Below are positions 18,266 through 26,457 of a stretch of DNA of 57,852 nucleotides, one piece after another. Both the position numbers and the translations under genes were made by a program. The notes under the pieces are model-generated. The model was not told the origin of the DNA. It made no database searches and saw nothing but the letters and a program-made list of their open reading frames with translations. Numbering within the stretch: position 1 is the stretch's first letter; the number at the start of each line of letters is the position of its first letter. Source of the DNA: Candidatus Limnocylindrales bacterium (GTDB lineage Bacteria; Chloroflexota; Limnocylindria; Limnocylindrales; CSP1-4). Where the stretch lies: positions 1 to 57,852 of the forward strand of contig JBKKBB010000072.1 in NCBI GenBank assembly GCA_046714395.1. Reading direction: 5' to 3'.

Positions 18266-21200
18266 GCCGGGCCCTGGCCGGGCCCGACGGCAACGGCGCT
18301 GCGACCCTGGGCCGCGAGCTCGGTCGCCTCGTCGAGCCGGAGGCTGATCACCCGCGACACGGAGTCGTCGCCCACAGTCACGCCGTACAGCGCATCGGCG
18401 ATCTCGATGGTGCCTCGGTTGTGGGTGATGACGATGAACTGGGTCGTCGCAGCCAGCTCGCTCAAGGCCGCGGTGAACCGTCCCACGTTTGCTTCGTCGA
18501 GGGCAGCATCCACCTCGTCGAGGACGCAGAACGGCACGGGCCGGACCTCGAGCATGGCGAACAGGAGCGCCACGGCCGTCAGCGAGCGCTCCCCGCCCGA
18601 CAGCATCGCGAGGGCCTGCGGCTTCTTGCCGGGCGGGCGCGCGGTGATCTCGATCCCGGTTGCCGCGAGGTCGCTCGGGTCGGTCAGGGACAATCGGGCG
18701 AAACCTCCCCCGAAGAGCTGCCGGAACCGCGAATCGAAGCGCTCCTCGAGCGCGGCGAATGTGGTCTGGAACTGGGCCGAGATCATCGTGTCCAGCTCAG
18801 CGATCAGTGCGCGCGTCTGGTCGATCGCCGAGCGAAGGTCCTCGTGCTGCCGCTCCATCTCCGCGAGACGACGACCGACCGCGGCGTATTCGTCGACCGC
18901 GTACGGGTTGGCGGCACCGAGTTCGTGGTACCGGCGTCGCAGGGTGGCCAGGCGCCCGGGGCTCGGGGGGTCAGTCGGCGGCGGGGTGATCGCCCAACGG
19001 TCACCTGCGGCGACCAGGGCCGCCGTAAGCGCCTCGGCCGCGTCATCATCGGGTGGGACGTCCGCGGGTTCTGGGTCGCTCGTTCCCGACGGGCGCGAGG
19101 ATCGGGGATGGTCCGGCCGGGATCCCGGCTGCAAGGCCAGGAGGTGCTCGAGGCTGAGGGGTGTGAGGCCGGCCAGCTCGACCAGCAGTTGCTCGCGCAA
19201 TCCTTCCAGCCCCAGGCGTACCTCCAGATCGCCGTGCTCCGCTCTTCGCGCGGCCTCCTCGGCTGCCCGCAGGAGATCTCGCGACGCGACCGAGGCTCGC
19301 TCCGCCGCGCTGAGACGGGTGCGCTCATCGGTGTCCGCGACGGTCAGAGCGGCGACCGCCGCCCGCGCCTCAGTATCCCGCACCACGGCCTGGGCCATCC
19401 GTGCCGAGAGCGCGTCGGTGGCCGCCTCAACCGCGCGCACCCTCACGGCCAGGGCGTCGATCTCCGTGTCAGCAGCGGCGATCCGGCCCTCATTGAGAGA
19501 AACGGCGGCTTCCGCGGCAGCCCGGCGGCGCTCCGCATCGCGCCGCGCGCCATCGAGCTGAGCGAGCTGTTCGGCGAGGCGATCTCTCCGGGCACGAAGC
19601 TCTGACGCTCGTGCCTCCCACGTCACGATCGCCTCACGCTCCTGCGGGTCCGCGGCGGCTCGCGACGCTGTGATCGGCTCGGGCTGTCCGGCGCGTGCGC
19701 GCCCGACTTCGACCTGCAGGCGGTCCAGCTGTGCCCGCTGCCAGGCGGCCTCACGCACCAGGGCCTCGAGGCCACGGGCAACGAGTCGTTCCGCCTCCTC
19801 GGCTCGGCGACGGTCACCGATCGCGGCCGACTCCGTCACCCGTGCGCCATCCAGATGCTCGCGCGCTGCCAGGACCCGCGCATTCGAATGCGAGGCTTCA
19901 TCGTCCGCTGCGAGTGCCAGGCGCTCAGCCGCCCGCAGTGCCTCCGTCGCCAGCTCATGCTGGGCGCGCCGCTCCAGGGTGCGGTCGCCAGCCCCAAGGC
20001 GCACGACCACGTCCCCTACCACGGCCGAACCGTCGCGGGGGACGACGACCCAGCCGGCCGGCAGATGAACCTGGAGAGCGAGCGCTGCGTCAAGATCCGG
20101 AACCCACGCCGCCCGGGCCAGGAGTCGTGCGGCGGCACCGGGTCCGTCGCGCCGGACCGCATCCCGCAGGAAGCCACCGCCGAGCGCCACCACCTGCCGC
20201 TCGAAGGCGGACGCGGCCGGGCCGGCGTCCAGCACGGGATCGTCGGTCGCCGCGCCGGCTCCCGAGGTCAGATCGTCGACGACGACCGCCACGCCGCGCT
20301 CCGCGGCGTGGCCGCGCAAAGCGTCCCGCGTCGTCAGGTAGGCGCGCCCGATGCCGGCGAGGGCCGCATCCACGGCGGCGCGGAGGATCGGCTCCACGAC
20401 CAGCCCGTCGTCGACCCGTCGAGCGCCGCGCTGACGCATCCGGGCCGCGAACCCGCTGCCACGATCGTCCTCGATCGCCGTTTCCGCCGATTCAAATCGG
20501 GCGCGTGCCGAGGCCAGCGCGGCGGTCGCCGATCCGGATCGCTCCGCGGCCGTGGCGGCCGCCGCGGCCACTGACTCCCACTCGGCCGAGGCAGCCTCTC
20601 GGCCCCGCACAGCTGCGGTCTCCGCCTCGGTGGCCGATTCGAGGGCTTCATGCGCCGTCAGCTGTGCGCGTTGGGCTGCCGTGACCTGCTCGACCAGTTC
20701 CGCGGATCGCGCCCCCTCGTGCGTCGCCTGCCTCTCGACCTCGATGAGCCGACGCCGTGCGGCCTCGGCTTCAGCCTCACGGGTCGCAGCTACGCGTCGA
20801 ACGACGGACAGGTCCTCGTCGCGAGCGCTGTCGGCCGCCTGGAGGCCAGCCAATTCGGACAGCGCCGCGGCGAGTTCGCGCTCGGCCTCGCTCATGGCCA
20901 CCTCGACGGCGCCGTCACGTTCCGGCACGGGTTCGGCGAGCCGGCGCCGTTGCTGCGCCAGATCTGCCTCGGCCGCGCCTCGCTCGAGCGCGAGCCGGTC
21001 GCGGTCGCGGACGAGTGCCTGATGCTCGGCCTGGATGCGGCCCCCCTCCAACTGGACCTCGGTCAGGGCGGCCCGTGCAATCTCGGCTTGACGCCGAAGC
21101 TCCGCGCCCGAATGTGCCCGCTCTTCGAGTGCCGCGGCGGCGGCCGAAGCCTCCGCTTCAATGGCCGACAACCGACCGAACGCCGCATCTACGTCGGCAC

Positions 21201-21987
21201 GGCTCGCCGCGAGCGCTGCGGCCGCCGCGTCGATCCGAACGGCAGCGTCGTGCCAGCGCGTGTGCGCGCCCTTGAGCACCGCAGTCAGGAGCTCGTCGCC
21301 GGCCGAGACCCGCGACTCGGCCTGCTCCGCCTGGATCGCCAGCCGGCGAACCTGCGGTCGCAGCTCGGCCACGATGTCTTCGACCCGGGCGAGGTTGGCC
21401 TCCGACTCGGTGAGTTGCTCCTCGGCCCGTCGGCGCCGGCGTTCGTGGCGTCGAACCCCGGCCACCTCCTCGAACAGCGGCCGCCGCTCTTCGGGCCGCA
21501 AGGCGAGCGCCTGATCGACCATGCCCTGTCCGATGAACAGGAAAGCGTTCTCGGCAAGGTGCGCGCCTTCCAGCAGGTCCACGAGATCGCGCAGCCGGAC
21601 GCGCTGCCGGTTCAGGAGGTACTCGTTCTCGCCGGACCTGTACAGCCGGCGCCCGAGTTCCACGACGCCGAACTCGATGGGCAGGAGCCCATCGCCGTTG
21701 TCAAGGGACAGCTGAACGTCGGCCATCCCGACCGCGGACTTGCGTTCGGAGCCCGCCCAGATGACGTCCTCCGACTTGCGTGATCGGAGCGCCCGACCCT
21801 GCTCCCCGAGTGCCCAGCGGAGGGCATCGGCCAGGTTGCTCTTGCCCGAGCCGTTGGGCCCCACGATCGCGCTGATCCCGGGACCGAACGTCACCAACGT
21901 ACGCTCGGCGAACGACTTGAATCCCTGAAGCCGGACCGACAGGAGTCGCGCCGGAGCCGTCATCCGACCCGTCATCCGACCCGTCAT
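18262..21987 (-). CDS. smc: Chromosome segregation protein SMC
   Basis: ORF 18262..21987, 1241 aa. Walker A GPNGSGKSN, long Ala/Arg/Glu coiled coils, hinge, signature LSGGERSLTAVALLFA, Walker B FCVLDEVDAALD. Three in-frame ATGs at 21987/21975/21963. Confidence 0.93.
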   Translation of the reverse strand: MTGRMTGRMTAPARLLSVRLQGFKSFAERTLVTFGPGISAIVGPNGSGKSNLADALRWALGEQGRALRSRKSEDVIWAGSERKSAVGMADVQLSLDNGDGLLPIEFGVVELGRRLYRSGENEYLLNRQRVRLRDLVDLLEGAHLAENAFLFIGQGMVDQALALRPEERRPLFEEVAGVRRHERRRRRAEEQLTESEANLARVEDIVAELRPQVRRLAIQAEQAESRVSAGDELLTAVLKGAHTRWHDAAVRIDAAAAALAASRADVDAAFGRLSAIEAEASAAAAALEERAHSGAELRRQAEIARAALTEVQLEGGRIQAEHQALVRDRDRLALERGAAEADLAQQRRRLAEPVPERDGAVEVAMSEAERELAAALSELAGLQAADSARDEDLSVVRRVAATREAEAEAARRRLIEVERQATHEGARSAELVEQVTAAQRAQLTAHEALESATEAETAAVRGREAASAEWESVAAAAATAAERSGSATAALASARARFESAETAIEDDRGSGFAARMRQRGARRVDDGLVVEPILRAAVDAALAGIGRAYLTTRDALRGHAAERGVAVVVDDLTSGAGAATDDPVLDAGPAASAFERQVVALGGGFLRDAVRRDGPGAAARLLARAAWVPDLDAALALQVHLPAGWVVVPRDGSAVVGDVVVRLGAGDRTLERRAQHELATEALRAAERLALAADDEASHSNARVLAAREHLDGARVTESAAIGDRRRAEEAERLVARGLEALVREAAWQRAQLDRLQVEVGRARAGQPEPITASRAAADPQEREAIVTWEARASELRARRDRLAEQLAQLDGARRDAERRRAAAEAAVSLNEGRIAAADTEIDALAVRVRAVEAATDALSARMAQAVVRDTEARAAVAALTVADTDERTRLSAAERASVASRDLLRAAEEAARRAEHGDLEVRLGLEGLREQLLVELAGLTPLSLEHLLALQPGSRPDHPRSSRPSGTSDPEPADVPPDDDAAEALTAALVAAGDRWAITPPPTDPPSPGRLATLRRRYHELGAANPYAVDEYAAVGRRLAEMERQHEDLRSAIDQTRALIAELDTMISAQFQTTFAALEERFDSRFRQLFGGGFARLSLTDPSDLAATGIEITARPPGKKPQALAMLSGGERSLTAVALLFAMLEVRPVPFCVLDEVDAALDEANVGRFTAALSELAATTQFIVITHNRGTIEIADALYGVTVGDDSVSRVISLRLDEATELAAQGRSAVAVGPGQGPA

Positions 21988-21993
21988 CCGAGC
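21958..21993. repeat. 12-nt tandem repeat x3 (CGTCATCCGA[C/G]C) at the rnc stop / smc start
   Basis: Read directly: cgtcatccgacc cgtcatccgacc cgtcatccgagc. Encodes MTGR-MTGR-MT at the smc N-terminus; the third copy holds the rnc stop. Confidence 0.9.
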
Positions 21994-22766
21994 CGTCCGT
22001 CCGAGGCGTCGTGTGGCGCGTCCGAGGCGTCGAGTGGTGCGTCCGACGCCGCTCCCTCCAGGTCCGCGACCGCCGCGGATCGGGTCAGGGCATTGAGCGC
22101 CTGAGCCGCCGCGCTCGTTTCCGCGACCCGGCGGGAGGAACCGACGCCGGTTCCCAGCGATCGACCATCGACCAGCACCTCGATCCGAAATACCTTGTCG
22201 TGATCGGGCCCAATGGCCTCGAGGACGCGGTACTCCGGACGGGCCCCCGCGGTCCGCTGGGTCAGTTCCTGGAGCTGGCTCTTGGGGCTCTTGAGCATGG
22301 ACACCGGTGTGGCGGCAGTCAGCTCCGGATCCGCCACCTTGGCGATCCAGGCCGAAGCCACGTCCCAGCCAAGATCGAGGAACACCGCGCCGGCCAGCGC
22401 CTCAAACCCCGACGCCAGAAGCGACGGACGCACGCGGCCGCCCCTGAGGGCCTCCCCTTCGCCGAGCTGCAGGTCCTCGCCGATCCCGAGGCGGAGCGCG
22501 ATCCGCGCCAGCCCCGGCGTACTCACGATCCCGGCCCGGCGCGATGACAGGAGTCCCTCGTCGTCATCCGGATGGGCCCGGAAGAGGGCCTGCGAGATGA
22601 CCAGACTGATGACGGCATCGCCCAGGAATTCGAGACGCTCATTGTGGCCGGTAGCCTGGCCCGGGTGCTCATGCAACCAGGAGGCATGGGTAACTGCCTG
22701 GGCGATCAGCGTGCGATCACGGATCGGGAGCTCGAGGCGGGCGATGAGGGCGTCGATCCGATCCAT
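21984..22766 (-). CDS. rnc: Ribonuclease III
   Basis: ORF 21984..22766. Signature NERLEFLGDAV, dsRBD in the C-terminal half, plus a repetitive acidic tail. Confidence 0.93.
   Translation of the reverse strand: MDRIDALIARLELPIRDRTLIAQAVTHASWLHEHPGQATGHNERLEFLGDAVISLVISQALFRAHPDDDEGLLSSRRAGIVSTPGLARIALRLGIGEDLQLGEGEALRGGRVRPSLLASGFEALAGAVFLDLGWDVASAWIAKVADPELTAATPVSMLKSPKSQLQELTQRTAGARPEYRVLEAIGPDHDKVFRIEVLVDGRSLGTGVGSSRRVAETSAAAQALNALTRSAAVADLEGAASDAPLDASDAPHDASDGRLG
21998..22050. repeat. 21-nt tandem repeat x~2.5 in the rnc 3' end
   Basis: cgtccgaggcgtcgtgtggcg / cgtccgaggcgtcgagtggtg / cgtccgacgcc. Encodes the heptad SDAPLDA-SDAPHDA-SDG in the RNase III C-terminal tail. Confidence 0.9.
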
Positions 22767-22810
22767 GCTGCGGGGTACCGCCGCGGCACCTGGATCGGTG
22801 AGGCTGTGGT

Positions 22811-22830
22811 CCTGAGGAACGTCCCTCAGG
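22811..22830 (-). other. 7-bp inverted repeat overlapping the acpP stop, upstream of rnc
   Basis: CCTGAGG-aacgtc-CCTCAGG at 22811..22830. The acpP stop codon (22826..22828) lies in the right arm. Confidence 0.3.
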
Positions 22831-23062
22831 ACGACCGCTCGTCGATGTAGTCCGCGGCATCCTGAACGGTGCGGATCCGCTCCGCGTCCTCGTCCGAGAT
22901 CTCGGTCCCGAACTCTTCCTCAAGACTCATGATCAGCTCGACGAGATCTAGAGAGTCGGCATTGAGGTCGTCGACGAACGAGGCCTCCGGCTTGACCTCT
23001 TCCTCATCGACCCCGAGCTGTTCGATGACGATCTTCTTGAGACGCTCGTATGTGGTAGCCAC
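22826..23062 (-). CDS. acpP: Acyl carrier protein
   Basis: ORF 22826..23062. [19 protein letters not shown] (phosphopantetheine Ser). GTG start preceded by AGGAGGAG. Confidence 0.95.
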   Translation of the reverse strand: MATTYERLKKIVIEQLGVDEEEVKPEASFVDDLNADSLDLVELIMSLEEEFGTEISDEDAERIRTVQDAADYIDERSS

Positions 23063-23092
23063 GGACTCCTCCTGAGGAATGGAACCGGCGGG

Positions 23093-23521
23093 CTATCCGC
23101 CGGGGGTGTCTCGTGCGATCTGGCCGAGCACGCCGTTCATCAAACGACGCATCGGGTCTCCGCTGTAGGTACGTGCCAGTTCGACCCACTCGGCGATCGC
23201 CACCCGGGCCGGCGTCGGCGAGTGTAGCACCTCACCGATCGCACATCGCAGCAGGGCGCGGTCCATGCGCGCGAGTGAAACAACCGGGTAACGGGGGGCA
23301 GCCACCGAGATCCGAACGTCGATTGTGTCCCGGTTCTGGGTGACGGCTTCGACCAGCTGACGCGCCAGCAATGCGGTCTCGGCATCCCCCTCCGATTGGG
23401 CGAGCTCACGCTCAAGGGCCGCCTGGGCGGTGCGCTGTCCGAACTCGGCCTCGAAGATCGCAGCCAGTGCCGCCCGGCGCCCCGCGCGACGGCTGCGCAG
23501 GCGGTCAGCTGCCGATGCCAT
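23093..23521 (-). CDS. nusB: Transcription antitermination factor NusB
   Basis: ORF 23093..23527. RRAALAAIFEAEF..., LARMDRALLRCAIGEVL, VAIAEWVELARTY, NGVLGQIA. ATG 23521 preferred over TTG 23527. Confidence 0.88.
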   Translation of the reverse strand: MASAADRLRSRRAGRRAALAAIFEAEFGQRTAQAALERELAQSEGDAETALLARQLVEAVTQNRDTIDVRISVAAPRYPVVSLARMDRALLRCAIGEVLHSPTPARVAIAEWVELARTYSGDPMRRLMNGVLGQIARDTPGG

Positions 23522-23819
23522 CGACAATCACCGTGACCGACCCCAGCTGCAAGCCGAGCAGTCGCTCGATCGCGCCGGCGATGGCCGCCCGGGCGTCGGC
23601 ACCGACGGAGGCAAGATCCGCTCCGGGCCGGGCGATGACCCACACCCGCAGATCGACGCGATCGTCGCGCCGGTGAACGACAACCGCCGGGCCCAGAAAG
23701 AAGGTCCGCCAGGCGGGGCCCCCTCGCGCGACGCGCAGGACGCCCGGCACCTCAAGGGCAGCGAGTCGCGTCACTTCGACGATGACCCGTCGCCCAACCG
23801 ACAGCACAGGCCCGCTCAT
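23505..23819 (-). CDS. Asp23/Gls24-family envelope-stress protein
   Basis: ORF 23505..23819, 104 aa. RRVIVEVTRLAALEVPGVLRV..., VDLRVWVIARPGADLASVGADARAAIAGAIERLLGLQLGSVTVIVDGI is the typical Asp23 pattern. Confidence 0.8.
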   Translation of the reverse strand: MSGPVLSVGRRVIVEVTRLAALEVPGVLRVARGGPAWRTFFLGPAVVVHRRDDRVDLRVWVIARPGADLASVGADARAAIAGAIERLLGLQLGSVTVIVDGIGS

Positions 23820-24952
23820 CCCGGTGGGTTCACAGGGGCCGCCGCGTCCGCCGCCGGCGCGACTGCGGCCTCGGCGTCCGGCGCCGTCGACCTTGAGAGA
23901 TCGCGACTGGTTGCTGCCGCCGAACCTGCCTGATCTCGGAGGGCGGCTTCGATAAGACCCGGAACGTTCGTGCGTGCCGTCTCCGCAGCAACGGCGCAGG
24001 CGAATCCGACCATCCGCCGTTTGGCCCGGCCGTGCGTGATGATGACCGACCCGCGGACCCCGAGGAGTGGCGATCCGCCGGTTCTCTCGTAGTCGAAGAC
24101 GTCCCGGATGCGTCCGATGCCAGGGCGCAGCAGCAGGTAGGCGAGCCTGCCCCGGAGCGAGCCGCGGAACTCGGCTTTGAACAGGTCGAACATGAACGTC
24201 GACAGGCCCTCGAAGAACTTGATCACCACGTTGCCGGTCACGGCGTCCGTGACGACGACATCGGCGAGGGTACCGGTGAGGTCGCGACCCTCGACGTTGC
24301 CGATGAAGTTGAGGCCAGACATGTCCAGCAACTCGGTCGCCTGCTGGATCCGCAGATCGCCCTTGCCCTTCTCCTCGCCGATGGACAGGAGCGCCACACG
24401 CGGATTGTCGATCCCCACCACGCGCTCCGCGAAGATTGCCCCCATCCGGGCGTACTGGGCCAGGTTCTCGGCACTGGAGTCCGGGTTCGCGCCGATGTCG
24501 AGCAACACGAACGGTGCCCCACTCCGGATCATCTGGACGGCCAGGGCCGGTCGATCGACGCCGGGAAGTCGCCCGATCCGCAGGACCGCGGCGGCCATCG
24601 CCGCTCCGGTGTGGCCGGCCGTCACGACGGCGTCGGCATCGCCATTGCGGACGAGGTCGCAGGCGACGACGATCGAGGCGTCCCTCTTTTCGCGCAGCGC
24701 CCGTGCTGGGTGGTCGTCCATGTCGATGACCTGGGAGGCGTGCACGATCGAGACGTTTGCCGGCAGGACACCCGCCAGTTCGCCGATTCGTTCCGCGACA
24801 CCGACGAGGATGACGCGATCTTCAGGATGAGCGATGGCGTGGTCGAGGGCGCCTGGAACGATCTCAAGCGGGCCGTGGTCACCGCCCATGGCGTCAACCG
24901 CGATCCGGACCCCGTGAGCGTCCGACTCCGGTGCGACGTCCTGGCTGGTCAC
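23816..24952 (-). CDS. plsX: Phosphate acyltransferase PlsX
   Basis: ORF 23816..24952. IAVDAMGGDHGP, VVTAGHTGAAMA, GVRGSVIITHG. Downstream of rpmF, as in most bacteria. Confidence 0.93.
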   Translation of the reverse strand: MTSQDVAPESDAHGVRIAVDAMGGDHGPLEIVPGALDHAIAHPEDRVILVGVAERIGELAGVLPANVSIVHASQVIDMDDHPARALREKRDASIVVACDLVRNGDADAVVTAGHTGAAMAAAVLRIGRLPGVDRPALAVQMIRSGAPFVLLDIGANPDSSAENLAQYARMGAIFAERVVGIDNPRVALLSIGEEKGKGDLRIQQATELLDMSGLNFIGNVEGRDLTGTLADVVVTDAVTGNVVIKFFEGLSTFMFDLFKAEFRGSLRGRLAYLLLRPGIGRIRDVFDYERTGGSPLLGVRGSVIITHGRAKRRMVGFACAVAAETARTNVPGLIEAALRDQAGSAAATSRDLSRSTAPDAEAAVAPAADAAAPVNPPG

Positions 24953-24956
24953 CGGA

Positions 24957-25157
24957 TCAGGTCGCGGGCTCGTCCTTGGCCGACTTCAGCTCGAGGACCG
25001 GCCGGCCGCCGTAGTACCCGCAATTCGGGCACGCGCGGTGCGATCGCTTCGGCTGGTGACAGTGCGAGCACTCCTCAAGTTTCGGCAGCTCGATCGCAAG
25101 ATGTGCGCGTCGATCGCCCTGGCGAGCGTGCGAGACCCGTCGCTTGGGTACGCCCAT
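24957..25157 (-). CDS. rpmF: 50S ribosomal protein L32
   Basis: ORF 24957..25157. MGVPKRRVSHARQGDRRAH, Zn-ribbon CSHC...CPNC. GAAAGGAG SD. Confidence 0.93.
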   Translation of the reverse strand: MGVPKRRVSHARQGDRRAHLAIELPKLEECSHCHQPKRSHRACPNCGYYGGRPVLELKSAKDEPAT

Positions 25158-25285
25158 GGTGTCGTGATGCTCCTTTCAAGACCCGTCGCCGATCTGCAAC
25201 GGCAGAGATCCACGTCGCGCGTGCACGACGTTGTTGTCAGGTCGGTGCCGGGTGGCCCGGGGCGCGTGAGCGCGGACCGAGCGGG

Positions 25286-25291
25286 AGTTTA
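25286..25291 (-). promoter_or_regulatory. Candidate -10 box (TAAACT) for rpmF-plsX, overlapping the yceD stop codon
   Basis: Minus strand TAAACTccc at 25291..25286. The TAA is the stop of the DUF177 gene. ~125-nt leader to ATG 25157. Confidence 0.3.
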
Positions 25292-25843
25292 CTCGCTCTG
25301 CGGTTCTGCGTCGACCCGGAAGGCCCGGAGTGCGGCGAGCCGCGGGTCGATGTCGTCCATAACGTGGGCCGGATGACCCTCAAGACGCTCTCCGCACTCG
25401 ATACACAGCCCGAGGCAGTCCAGGCGACACAACGCGGCGATCGGCTCGGCCAGCGAGACGGCCTCACGCAGGAGGGGCTCGAGGTCGAGCGCGTGATGCG
25501 AGGTGAGGCGGGCGACGTCCGGCTCGGCATCCCGGTCGAGGGCTTGTCCCGTAGCGAGGTCAATGATCGGCAGGACTTCCTCGCGGAGCGAAACCTTGAG
25601 GGGAACCTCAACGGGGCCGAGGCAACGCGAGCACAGCAAGGCGAGCGCCGCCTCGAACCGTGCCTGGACGAGCACGCCGCGATTGGTCCGGCTGGCCTCG
25701 AGCCAACCAATGATCGGGCTCGCCAATTCGAGCTCATCGTCCAGCGGGATCGTGACGCCCTCGAACTCGATGCGGCGAACGGAGCCGACCGGTTCTGTGA
25801 GCAGGCTGGCGAGCGGGAATTCCAGGTCCGGCGTCGAACTCAC
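25289..25843 (-). CDS. yceD: YceD/DUF177 family protein (23S rRNA accumulation protein-like)
   Basis: ORF 25289..25843. C-terminal Cys cluster CRLDCLGLCIECG, acidic composition, conserved position upstream of rpmF. Confidence 0.85.
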   Translation of the reverse strand: MSSTPDLEFPLASLLTEPVGSVRRIEFEGVTIPLDDELELASPIIGWLEASRTNRGVLVQARFEAALALLCSRCLGPVEVPLKVSLREEVLPIIDLATGQALDRDAEPDVARLTSHHALDLEPLLREAVSLAEPIAALCRLDCLGLCIECGERLEGHPAHVMDDIDPRLAALRAFRVDAEPQSE

Positions 25844-26400
25844 CGGTAGCCGGGGCGGTCGTCGTCCTCGTCGAAATCCGCGCCATCTGCCGATTCGGCG
25901 TCGTCCCGCCCGTCTCCGTCGAACGATGCCTCGACTTCAGCGGCTGCCAGCTCGGCCCGACGGTCATCGAGAACCGCTATCCCCTTCTGAACGCCGGCCA
26001 ACGCCTTGCCGACCTCGGACTCGAGGGTCTCGAGCAGGCTGATTGCGTAGTCGTCGGCCCCGGCCCGGGTCAGCTCGGCCTGCGTCCGCGCCTCCGCGAT
26101 GATCGCCTGACCTTCCGCATCGGCGCGATCGAGCAGCCCGCGCTCCCCGATCAGAAACGCAGCCTGCTCCTGGGCCCGGCTGATGATCCGGCCGGCCTCG
26201 GCCTCCGCCTTCTCGATGATCCGTTCGCCCTCGGCATTGATCCGCTTGGCGGCGCGGACCTCCTCGGGGATGGCGACCCGGAGCTGGTCCACGAGGTCGA
26301 GGACGGCGTCCCGATCGACGATCGTGTTTCGGGTGAGGGGCAGGGACTTGCCCGTCGCAATCAGCGATTCGAGCCGCTCGAGGAGGAAGATGATGTCCAG
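25840..26400 (-). CDS. Coiled-coil protein of unknown function (family often annotated ATPase / ATP synthase b-like), probable CTG start
   Basis: The ORF track gives 25840..26292 (GTG). The frame is open upstream to a stop at 26451..26449 and reads LDIIFLLERLESLIATGKSLPLTRNTIVDRDAVLDLVDQLRVAIPEEV. GGAGG (26413..26409) lies 8 nt before CTG 26400, and there is no SD before GTG 26292. Homologs I recall begin MDI..L.D.LE.L. Acidic C-terminal tail. Confidence 0.6.
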   Translation of the reverse strand: MDIIFLLERLESLIATGKSLPLTRNTIVDRDAVLDLVDQLRVAIPEEVRAAKRINAEGERIIEKAEAEAGRIISRAQEQAAFLIGERGLLDRADAEGQAIIAEARTQAELTRAGADDYAISLLETLESEVGKALAGVQKGIAVLDDRRAELAAAEVEASFDGDGRDDAESADGADFDEDDDRPGYR

Positions 26401-26457
26401 CGCAGTGGCCTCCGGGCGGGGCAGATCAAGGCCGATTATGGCACGCGGTCACGGGTC

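Noticed and set aside
24032-25849. 605-aa + strand ORF running antisense across plsX, rpmF, the rpmF leader and yceD. Similar very long antisense ORFs include 46216..47922 (568 aa, antisense to ileS), 51115..52566 (483 aa, antisense to GT2), 42127..43530 (467 aa, antisense to priA), 7477..8835 (452 aa), 16338..17540 (400 aa), 13914..14729, 27470..28462, 54201..55286 and 49104..50360.
   Set aside because: Each lies opposite a gene with unmistakable conserved motifs. Their products are Arg/Pro/Gly/Asp-rich with no recognisable motifs. Stop-free antisense frames are the expected by-product of strong GC3 codon bias in a high-GC genome. No SDs or promoter boxes precede them.
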